Below, piece after piece: positions 1-8,388 of a DNA stretch of 26,949 bases. A program made the position numbers and the translations under genes. Each line of letters opens with the position of its first letter. Position 1 is the first letter of the stretch. Origin of the DNA: Myxococcota bacterium (GTDB taxonomy: Bacteria; Myxococcota_A; Polyangia; Polyangiales; Houyiibacteriaceae). Location of the stretch: contig JBCCEA010000046.1 in NCBI GenBank assembly GCA_039030515.1, positions 1 through 26,949 on the forward strand, in the 5' to 3' direction. Under the pieces are notes generated by a model that was not told the DNA's origin, ran no database searches, and saw only the letters and a program-made list of their open reading frames with translations.

Positions 1-243
1 AACTACTCAGCCCGGTTCGAACTACTCAGCCCGGTTCGAACTACTCAGCCCGACTCGACGGTCCTCAGCCCGGTTCGAACTACTCAGCCCGGTTCGAACT
101 ACTCAGCCCGACTCGACGGTCCTCAGCCCGGTTCGAACTACTCAGCCCGGTTCGAACTACTCAGCCCGGTTCGAACTACTCAGCCCGGTTCGAACTACTC
201 AGCCCGGTTCGAACTACTCAGCCCGACTCGACGGTCCTCAGCC
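1..243. repeat. Tandem repeat of 19/20-bp units (AACTACTCAGCCCGGTTCG and variants) overlapping and copying the aspS 3' end
   Basis: Twelve full units from 1 to 230 in the order A,A,B1,B2,A,B1,B2,A,A,A,A,B1, plus a partial unit to 243. A=aactactcagcccggttcg, B1=aactactcagcccgactcg, B2=acggtcctcagcccggttcg. There are no unique spacers and the array runs off the window edge. Confidence 0.95.
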
Positions 244-2071
244 TCAACTCGGCGAGCTGTTCGGGCGCGACCTGCCCAGGCGCTCCGGTCATCAGATCGT
301 TTGCCCGCTGGGTCTTCGGAAAAGCGATCACGTCCCGAATCGACTCTGTTTCGCAGGCCAGCATGACCAGGCGGTCCATGCCAAAGGCGATTCCCCCGTG
401 AGGCGGCGCTCCGTACTCTAGTGCGTCCAGCAGGAAACCGAATTTATCCCGGCCCTCTTCTTCGCTCAGGCCGATCACCTCGAAGACCTTACGCTGGACT
501 TCAGGGTCGTGCAGTCGAATCGAGCCTCCTGCGATCTCGAACCCGTTCAGCACCAGGTCGTATCGGTAGCAGAGCACCTTACCCGGGTCCTGCTCGAGCA
601 GCTCGATGCATTCGTCATGGGGGCGAGTAAATACGTGGTGGGCCGCATCCCAACGATTCGCCTCGTAGTTGCGCTCAAACAGCGGTGGCTCAACCACCCA
701 CAAAAAGTTCCATTGATCTTGGGTGCCGGCGGCCGGAATCAGGCCCAGCTTCTTGGCGAGATGCACCCGCAGGTTGGCCAAGATCGTGTGGACGCGCTGC
801 TCAGGCCCAAACTGAAACACCACGATATCTCCGGGTGCCGCTCCCGTGGCTTCGTTAACCGCCTCGCGGAACTCGCCAGTGATCGTTTTGGCAAACGGGC
901 TTTGGGTCCAGGTGCCATCCTCAGCAACTCGGGCTCGCGCCAAACCCTTGCTGCCCATCTGACGCACAAAACCCTCGAGTTTGTCGAGGTCGGCCCGGCT
1001 CAGCCCTGCACTGGCCGGAATCACCATCGCTTTGACGATTTCCTGAGGTAGGTCGAGACGATAGGTGCCTTCTTGGAACTTGCCCGCGATCTCCTGAAGC
1101 AGTGGAATACCGCCGCCACTGTGCTGCACGGTCAGGGCGGTAAGATCGATATGCTCCATGGCAAAGCGGGTATCGGGCTTGTCGTTGCCGTAGCGACGCA
1201 TCGATTCCTCGAAGTTCAGTCTAGGAAACCGACCTTCGGGATAGCGTTCATTCAGATCGATACCCAAGGCCCCCTGCCAAACGGCAAAGACCAGACCTTC
1301 GATGACTCGAAAGAGATCATCTTGATTGATGAAGCTCATCTCGATATCGATTTGGGTAAACTCAGGCTGTCGGTCGATCCGAAGGTCTTCATCACGAAAG
1401 CACCGGACGATCTGAAAGTAACGCTCGTAACCCGCACACATCAGCAGCTGCTTGTATAGCTGAGGGCTCTCCGCGAGCGCGTAGAACGAACCGGGATTCA
1501 GCCGCGAGGGTACCAAGAAGTTTCGGGCCCCGCCCGGGGTGTACTTGACCAAGAACGGGGTTTCGACCTCGGTGAAGCCTTCGCTGGTGAGAAAATTGCG
1601 GGTGATGTGATTAATGTGAGCTCGGCGGGTAAGGTTTTTCTGTAGGTTCGCCCGCCGCAAATCTAGATAGCGATGCTCGAGACGCTTGTCCTCGTTGGTT
1701 TCAACGCTGCCGTCGATCTGAAAGGGAGTCGTCTTCGCTCGATTGAACACCGTCGACTCGTCCACGTGCACCTCGATCGCTCCGGTCTCTAGACGGTCGT
1801 TGCGCCGATCGGCACCTCGATCTTTGACGGTGCCTTTGACTCCGAGGCACCACTCCCCGCGAGCAGCCTTGCCGATCTCAAAGGTGGGATGGTCCTTGGG
1901 AAAAAAAACCTGAGTGACCCCTTCTCGATCGCGCAGGTCGACAAAGACCCCGGCGGGATGCTCCCTTCGGCTATTGACCCAGCCGAATAGGACGACCTCA
2001 GCACCCACGTCCGAGATCCTTAATTCATTACAGCTGTGGGTTCGCTTGAGTTCATCGATGAAGCGCGCCAT
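218..2071 (-). CDS. aspS: Aspartate--tRNA ligase (bacterial type)
   Basis: N-terminal OB-fold (RTHSC..GWV..RR.H..FVDLRD), RYLDLR, TPGGARNFLVPSR, motif 2 FRDEDLRIDRQPEFTQIDIEMSF, GGSIRLH and motif 3 PPHGGIAFGMDR. Start moved to ATG 2071 (MARFIDELKRTH) because the ORF-track TTG at 2131 coincides with a likely -35 box. Confidence 0.98.
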   Translation of the reverse strand: MARFIDELKRTHSCNELRISDVGAEVVLFGWVNSRREHPAGVFVDLRDREGVTQVFFPKDHPTFEIGKAARGEWCLGVKGTVKDRGADRRNDRLETGAIEVHVDESTVFNRAKTTPFQIDGSVETNEDKRLEHRYLDLRRANLQKNLTRRAHINHITRNFLTSEGFTEVETPFLVKYTPGGARNFLVPSRLNPGSFYALAESPQLYKQLLMCAGYERYFQIVRCFRDEDLRIDRQPEFTQIDIEMSFINQDDLFRVIEGLVFAVWQGALGIDLNERYPEGRFPRLNFEESMRRYGNDKPDTRFAMEHIDLTALTVQHSGGGIPLLQEIAGKFQEGTYRLDLPQEIVKAMVIPASAGLSRADLDKLEGFVRQMGSKGLARARVAEDGTWTQSPFAKTITGEFREAVNEATGAAPGDIVVFQFGPEQRVHTILANLRVHLAKKLGLIPAAGTQDQWNFLWVVEPPLFERNYEANRWDAAHHVFTRPHDECIELLEQDPGKVLCYRYDLVLNGFEIAGGSIRLHDPEVQRKVFEVIGLSEEEGRDKFGFLLDALEYGAPPHGGIAFGMDRLVMLACETESIRDVIAFPKTQRANDLMTGAPGQVAPEQLAELRLRTVESG

Positions 2072-2103
2072 GGCGAGGCCTTTCGCTAGCGGAAACGGGT
2101 CGC

Positions 2104-2131
2104 AAGGTACCTGGGTGTTCCGTATCGTCAA
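2104..2131 (-). promoter_or_regulatory. Putative sigma70-type promoter of aspS
   Basis: Minus strand TTGACG-N16-TACCTT, ending 32 nt upstream of the ATG at 2071. Confidence 0.4.
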
Positions 2132-2183
2132 GCGACTGCGAGTGCCGTGCGCACAACTGTTTGCGCCTCGTGGTCAGGTGGCT

Positions 2184-2214
2184 CGATCGACCCGAGTACC
2201 GCGATCGACCCGAG
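2184..2214. repeat. 13-bp direct repeat CGATCGACCCGAG x2 (period 18)
   Basis: Copies at 2184-2196 and 2202-2214 in the LysM-aspS intergenic region. Confidence 0.7.
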
Positions 2215-2224
2215 AGGCGTTCAC

Positions 2225-3325
2225 TTAATCGGCGGTCGCTTCTGCCGCGCCGTCGAGGGGGGCGTCCGACTCATCGGGCGCAAGTCGAGCTCGGGCCCGT
2301 TCGAGCTGTCGCATCACTGATGGTGAAGTCGATATGGTGTCGAGTTCCAGATGGGGTTGTCGTTTGAGAGCCTCGACAAAGGCGTCTACCGCCAACTCTT
2401 CTTCGCGCAGCGCGACATAGGCGGTTGCAGCGTGACGCTGGATGGTCACCAGCTGGTTGCCCGTGAGCTGCCCGGTACCGAGCAATCGATTCGCCAAGGC
2501 GATCGCTTCGGTGTAGCGACCGGAACGCATCTGCTCGGCGAGCGCAGGAAGCTGCCCATCGATATGCGCCTGGGCCTCGCGCGTCTCTCCGGTTGGCGGC
2601 ACCAGGCCCGTGCGCTCCGCGACAACCCTCCGTCCATCCTCTGAGAGAAGCAGATCCACAATCGGCACCAGCACGATCTGTCCGCGCGATACACGTGATC
2701 CTCGCAGGTGATTGAAGCGACGAAGACGACGTGCTCCGTCTCGGGAATCGCGAAAATACGGAGCAGCTACTTTGGAAAGTGTTTCTCCCTGGCCAGCGAT
2801 ATACCGAAGCGGATAGGGCACGCGAAGTTCGGCGCCCACGTCGGGCTGTTCGCCAGCGACTGCCCCGTTGGCCTCGATAAGGACGTTGGCGCGCCGAGGA
2901 TCTCCATAAAAACGATTTGCCAGTTCGGTCCAGGTTTCGCCGGGCTGCACACGATGATACGCGGTCCAGGGGATGATGAGCCGCAGACCGACGACGATGG
3001 CGGCTCCGCCCTGAGCATTTAGCCCGTTTTCGGAAACGAGTACGCTCTCTCGACGGGGGTCTCCGTAATACAGCTGCGCAATAGACGCCAAGGTATCACC
3101 CGGCCTCACGGTGTGGATCACGGACTGATGAACTTGAGCCAGGGCTCGGCTCTGCCCCAACCAGTGTACTTCGGTGCCCTCATGGGAGCGCCAATCACCG
3201 AGGAGCCCCTGCAGTATCAGCACGATCAAGGCACCGCCGAGTCTCCGAAACGCGCCTGAGAGCGCCCCGAGGCCGTTCGGCCTAAGCATACATTCCCTGC
3301 GGAAACCTTGAGAAGGCGGACTCAA
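2225..3325 (-). CDS. LysM peptidoglycan-binding protein (3 LysM-like repeats plus C-terminal TPR-like helices)
   Basis: HTVRPGDTLASIAQLYYG, HRVQPGETWTELANRFYG and YIAGQGETLSKVAAPY repeats. C-terminal helical pairs (AATAYVALREEELAVDAFVEALKRQP). N-terminal hydrophobic stretch. ATG 3325 overlaps the kinase TGA, but the exact start is uncertain. Confidence 0.9.
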   Translation of the reverse strand: MSPPSQGFRRECMLRPNGLGALSGAFRRLGGALIVLILQGLLGDWRSHEGTEVHWLGQSRALAQVHQSVIHTVRPGDTLASIAQLYYGDPRRESVLVSENGLNAQGGAAIVVGLRLIIPWTAYHRVQPGETWTELANRFYGDPRRANVLIEANGAVAGEQPDVGAELRVPYPLRYIAGQGETLSKVAAPYFRDSRDGARRLRRFNHLRGSRVSRGQIVLVPIVDLLLSEDGRRVVAERTGLVPPTGETREAQAHIDGQLPALAEQMRSGRYTEAIALANRLLGTGQLTGNQLVTIQRHAATAYVALREEELAVDAFVEALKRQPHLELDTISTSPSVMRQLERARARLAPDESDAPLDGAAEATAD

Positions 3326-4680
3326 GAACCGCCCCGAACCGCCGCGGCCTCCGCATCGGCTCTTTGTAGCGGCTCAAGTTCGATGACGATTCGCTCTTCA
3401 CTGCCTGAAAAAACGCGGACCTCGCGCATCGCTTCCTCGAAGAACGGGTTGCGAAACTGCAGCCAGTGACGCCCGGGAGCCAGTTGAATTCTCTCGGCCG
3501 CAGGCGTGGTCACCACGTGCCGACCATCCACGTAGACCTCCGCCCAGGGGATCGCGACCACCCGAACGTAGCCAGAACGTTCTCGGTCTGCAGAGGCTGC
3601 CGGTTCGGCTTCACGATCTTCGGCGAACTCTTCGAAGCGCCCATGGGCGGCTTGGATGGCGCTTCCGGTGAGCACAATGCAGGCAAACAGCGCCGTCATC
3701 ACGATTCCGATATGGCGAAGCACACGGCGATCCATCGGTCCTCGCCGAATAGGTCGCGGTGCCCCGGCCTCAAGAATCGACTCGGCTTCGTCGTTCGAGA
3801 GCACGTTGACCTCGCGCAGGTACATCACCACCCGACCGTTGTAGTTCATCGGTACCCGAGGACTCAGAAACTCCATCAGGTCGTCGATCAAGGCTTGAGT
3901 GGTGGGATAGCGATTCGCCGGCATTTTTTCCATGCATCGCGCAAGAATTCTCTCAAGCTGTCGCGGCACCTTGGAATTGGTTTTTCGCGGCGAAACGTAG
4001 CGGTCCAAACGGATCTTCTGCATCACCGTGCGGGCGTCGTCTTCCACGAAGGGTTTGTGGCCGGTGATCATCTGGTAGAGGACGATACCCAAAGAAAAAA
4101 TGTCGCTTCGGAAATCGAGTTTGTCCCCAAGTATTTGTTCGGGACTCATATAGCTGGGTGTGCCGAGGCCGGTGCCGGTTTCGGTGAGATCGCTGAGCTT
4201 GTCGTCTCGGGCGATACCGAAGTCCATCAGTTTCACTTCGCCCTGTTTGCTCACCATGATATTTGCCGGCTTGATATCCCGATGGATCACGCCCCGGAAA
4301 TGAGCGTAGTCGAGCGCTCTCGCCACCTGCAGAGCGATGATTCCAGCAACCTCGATGGGGAGACGAGAAGAAGTCTCGAGCAGATCGTACAGATCGATGC
4401 CCTGCACGTACTCCATGAGGATGTACATCGACTGACCGTCTTTGACGAGGTCGTGGACATGGAGGATGTTCTCGTGCTGGAGAGAAGCCATGAAATGCGC
4501 TTCGCGCTCAAAACGCTTGGCAAACTGGCTGTCCACCGCGATCGACGCCTTGAGCGCCTTGATCGCCACGACGCGACCTAAAGGCTCCTGGATCGCCTTG
4601 TAAACGACAGCCATGCCGCCGCTGCCGATCTCTCCCAAGACCCGACAGTTGCCAATTCTATCTACCATCGATGCGTTCAT
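3322..4680 (-). CDS. Hanks-type Ser/Thr protein kinase with one TM helix and C-terminal PEGA-like domain
   Basis: GSGGMAVV, VAIK, HRDIKPAN, DFG, GTPSYMSPEQ and SDIFSLG motifs. TM segment IGIVMTALFACIVLTGSAI. PEGA-like PWAEVYVDG..TP..LAPGRH. Confidence 0.96.
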   Translation of the reverse strand: MNASMVDRIGNCRVLGEIGSGGMAVVYKAIQEPLGRVVAIKALKASIAVDSQFAKRFEREAHFMASLQHENILHVHDLVKDGQSMYILMEYVQGIDLYDLLETSSRLPIEVAGIIALQVARALDYAHFRGVIHRDIKPANIMVSKQGEVKLMDFGIARDDKLSDLTETGTGLGTPSYMSPEQILGDKLDFRSDIFSLGIVLYQMITGHKPFVEDDARTVMQKIRLDRYVSPRKTNSKVPRQLERILARCMEKMPANRYPTTQALIDDLMEFLSPRVPMNYNGRVVMYLREVNVLSNDEAESILEAGAPRPIRRGPMDRRVLRHIGIVMTALFACIVLTGSAIQAAHGRFEEFAEDREAEPAASADRERSGYVRVVAIPWAEVYVDGRHVVTTPAAERIQLAPGRHWLQFRNPFFEEAMREVRVFSGSEERIVIELEPLQRADAEAAAVRGGS

Positions 4681-4985
4681 CAGACTACGAAAGCGCGTCT
4701 ATGGTCAACGAAATCTGCAGCAATTGCAAATGGTTTGACAGTATCCGCTGTCTTGTTCCACTGAAGTCGCACAAGCACAGACGGGTATCCGACCGTTCAG
4801 GCTGAGAGCACTTCCCACAAGCGGCGATTCAGATCGACAGAAGCCAGCGACCTAGTGCCCTTCGTTCGCAAAGAGAACGCACTTCAACAGCTTCGTCTTG
4901 CGGAACGTTGCCTTGGCAAAAGGCGTTTACGCTTCTGAAAAGTCTAGGACCCGACTGCTCGACACTTCTATGCGTCTAACGGTAT

Positions 4986-6246
4986 TCAGACCATTAGCCT
5001 CCAGCTAACCCTGGTTCTATGCGCAATCGCGTGCCTTCGAGAGGATCTGCACGACGCACTCGCCATGCAAGATGTCCGAACGGGAGCTCGGTAAACATAT
5101 CCGCTCTTGGTGCTGAAAACTATACGTTCGATAGAACGATAAACGTAGGTGCAGATTTCCTGAATCGGTGATTTGAGCCGCCCGCCATCAAATACTACCC
5201 GAGGTCGCTCTCTGATACTTGCGTTGCAGACAAATACAGATCCATCGGCACATCCGAAAACAAATACGCCTTTATGATTTTTTGAAAAACAGAAAGCGGT
5301 GATGGGAGCTTGCCTAAAGTGATAATGAATAACTTGTCTGGACTGGCCTCACACTATTGCTTGCTCCCCTAATCCTGCACCACTATTGTTAGTAAACTTC
5401 AAAAGAAAAAGCGCAGCATCCGAAGGACTGCGCGCCAAACGAGTGACAGACGAACCCACCTCTTGTCGTTCATGATTTATCAGAATTGCTTTAGATTCGC
5501 TGGATAATTCAAATAGGTAAACTGTGCTGTAACTGAGAATTGACAACTGCGCGCTACGGCCACAGCTACTAAACGATACATGAAATTCATTGTGCTGTTG
5601 CAGGTGAATGCGTTTCGGCAATTCGTGGGAAGCAGCCGACTCAAACCGAAGTCCAATGATTCGACCGCAATGCACCCTACCGTGTTGAACGATAACGACT
5701 ATACCATTGAAACAGAAAATACTGTGTACTCTGTTCGCCACGGGACCACCAGGTATTGTCTCGAAACATTGCTGCGTTACGTGTTTAGTTCGAAGGTCAA
5801 TTACAAAAATCCTGCTGGGGCTGTCGCAACCGATGAAAAGGTACTGTGTCTTAGTACCATCTACGGGGCCAGAAAACGCGAGACAGCGGATGCAAGGTCT
5901 CCGCTCCGTCCGTCTGGTCAGGTCTATGCTGAACTTATGCGCTCCCGTCTGTGCACTGTATACCGCTATACTCGAATCGCCATCGGCTACCGCGATCAGT
6001 TGATTGGCGGGAGATATCGCGAACGGTTGCTTGATCGATTCCTGTGAAAAAGATCTTGCCGCCTGGGTATGTATACAGCGTATCGCTCCAGGCTGAGGGA
6101 ACGGGCGTCCTTGGGAGTCTGTATCGGGAAGAAAAAGGGGAAACATAGCCCACAATGTCTTGAGCCAGAGTCATAATCTTCGCCGAAGAGCATCTCGTAG
6201 TCGATTCATAGAGCACTGCATTAGGCGATCTGAACGATTCCTCCAA
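4986..6246 (-). pseudogene. Disrupted F-box-like/WD40-like beta-propeller gene (paralogue of the 17.5-26.2 kb array)
   Basis: The 5' frame (TTG 6246 or ATG 6174; KIMTLAQDIVGYVSP) joins the 5349-6155 frame (FLPDTDSQG..) if one base is removed from the A5 run at 6132-6136. The in-frame TGA at 5349-5351 is followed by 120 more open codons (APITAFCFSKNHKGVFVFGCADGSVFV..ERIVFSTKSGYVY) to TGA 4986. Reconstructed length is about 419 aa. Confidence 0.82.
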
Positions 6247-6466
6247 AAACGTTTACCGTCGACGCCTATTGACTGCTTGCACGGTAGCACTTCACTCGCC
6301 CAATTTGCCTCGCAGCCGATTTCATTTCAGGCGAGGCGCTCCCTTCATTGGGTCACCGGCCATGCTACCTCCACCTAAGAACTGCACCTCCGGTGAAATA
6401 GGCGAGCGCGCGGTTCAATGAAGAAACGGCAGCGAATGGGGGCCTACCTCACATCAACACCAGGCA

Positions 6467-8335
6467 ATGAAACTCGTGCGCCTATCTCGACCATCGAGCG
6501 TCGCTGTTTTTTTGCATTCTAGCGGGCCATGGGTCCTGCGCCGCCGCTTGTTCTCAAGGCGCTTTCGTTCTGATAGAGGTCTTAAGACGCACTCCGGGCA
6601 GGGCCAACAATGGCATAAAACCCAACCAACTTTCAGTCGCGTTGACAACCAAGTGGATACGGTCACGTTGTATTCAATGCCGTTCTTGGATTCACCGCCG
6701 TTCACAGACGAGGCAGTGATTTACGCACACCGATTTTTGATCGAGGCTCAAGCGGGGGCATACCTAAATATCGGAGCGACTGGCGATTCGGCGAACTGCC
6801 CTCGGACTCCTCGGGATCTCGCTGAGGCTCTAAGCGCCTATCTGCGAAGCTGGGGATTCAACTAAACTACACCCCAAGTGCAGATTCTGATGGTCCTGCT
6901 TCGAAGGGGCAACCACCTTCGCAGCCAGGGGTTAAGACGAAACGATGCGATGCGGGTTGCGAATCAGGCGAGGCGATGGGAGTTACTCCACAAAAGCAAA
7001 GGCGATCTACCCGGTAACCCACACAGTGGGTCTACGGTGCACCGGGTTTCTACGGGGTCATTCCCCGGTATGCCTACGGGGCTACCAGTTTCTAGCGGGC
7101 TAGACGACAGCCAGAATTCCAGCCAATTTCCCTGGGCCGACACACGGCTTGAGCGTCGGACACCACCGCCGACTTCTGCAACGTCGGCTTTTCCATCGTC
7201 GCAACCTCACTTTGATAAACCGGACACTTGGAGTGACGAGCAATGTGCAGACTTTGCCCTGCGTCAGCTACGTCGCTTGTTGGAGAAGAGCACACACCAG
7301 CCAAACGGGCCAATGGCGTCTTCAATCCCAGATAGCCCACACAACCGGGTTCGACCTGTGCCGCCTAGACCAGCAGACGCCACAGTACCGAAGCCTGTTA
7401 TCCATGGAAGACCACTAGACGACCGACGATTAGGCGACCAGTGGGCTCAACTTGAGAGGCTGTTAGACGACCTCGACCCTGGCCTCACCCCCGCGGCGGT
7501 GAGGCAGCTTTCCCGAAGCTATCCTCATAACTATAATGCGTGCCCTGAGCAGGTAACCTCACAAATGCAGCGGGAAGGTCATCACTGCACGGTAGGCCAA
7601 GTAAAGTCTTACTTCGAAGAAATGAAAAATGGCCGTGAGGTGCGTGCACCTCGCAGAAACGGGACTCGGGACTAGAGATACTGTGGAGTGGTCGAGGCGC
7701 CTCGCCGCAAAACTCTACCTCAACTACATACTTGACGCTGTGCAAGAAGCTGCTCAAGAACGGGGCACCGAGATTACGTTCTCTGCGGATTTGGCAAGAT
7801 GGGTGCTTCAAGAGAAGGGCTATGGAGACTTTGCGAATGGTACTTTGTGGGAATGGATAAATACGCATCCGGGTGCGGGGTTGGAGTTGTGCACACAACG
7901 TCAAACCAAACGTAGGTAAAACTAACTGAGGACGAGCTAGGGGAACTCGGTCTTGGCCTCAACCTAGAGGCGGTGCGCTGTATTCTCCGCCAGCACCTTC
8001 CTGATATGAGGATACAGCCAAACGCTGTTCGTACGACGGCGCGGCTGGGCGGCTATCCCTGCACACAAGCTCAAGCAGAAGACTTTGCAACAACGCTGGG
8101 CAGAATGAGACGTGCGCCTCAGTGTTCTTTCACTAAAAACGAATATTTCGAGAGCCTAGCAGAGGAAGTCGCTGCGAGAGTACGCGTTGTAAGCCTCGCA
8201 GCCCGGGGGTTGAAATGCCGGAAACGTATCTCGCCAACTTGGGTAGTCAGCCAACTCCAAAAGGAAGGCTATCTATCCAGTCTAGGAAGGCCTGCTGTGT
8301 CTGGATGGATAAACCAAGTTTTTCCGAAACGATAA
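6467..8335 (+). pseudogene. Fragmented gene with repeated HTH/SANT-like modules
   Basis: ORFs 6467-6865 and 6878-7675 share a frame and are separated by a single TAA. A perfect CGGGACT duplication (7660-7673) shifts the frame into ORF 7629-7919. A further break near 7902-7919 leads into the frame of 7973-8335. The fragments share repeated motifs. Confidence 0.6.
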
Positions 8336-8388
8336 GAAGCCATTTGCCGTTGATAACTATTGGCTTCTCACACTGTGGCTTGTCTGGG

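Larger units (their letters stand above)
4681..8388. other. Lower-GC accessory island containing two disrupted genes
   Basis: Spot count of line 7741-7800 is 31/60 GC versus 40/60 in a core gene (14761-14820). Lies between the kinase and lipoprotein genes. No integrase or transposase seen. Confidence 0.7.

Noticed and set aside
1..243. CRISPR array
   Set aside because: Units are contiguous with no unique spacers, derive from the aspS 3' end, and no cas genes are present.
3466..4581. 371 aa ORF antisense to the kinase
   Set aside because: Fully nested opposite a clear kinase gene with no recognisable motifs. Long antisense frames are expected in GC-rich coding DNA. The same applies to the many short overlapping ORFs in the backbone.
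5349..5351. TGA recoded as Trp (alternative genetic code)
   Set aside because: TGA is the genuine stop of aspS, ychF and other genes here, and the same gene also has a frameshift, so a nonsense mutation is simpler.
5580..6047. 155 aa plus-strand ORF
   Set aside because: Antisense to the WD40-like pseudogene, whose frame has family motifs. It has no independent support.
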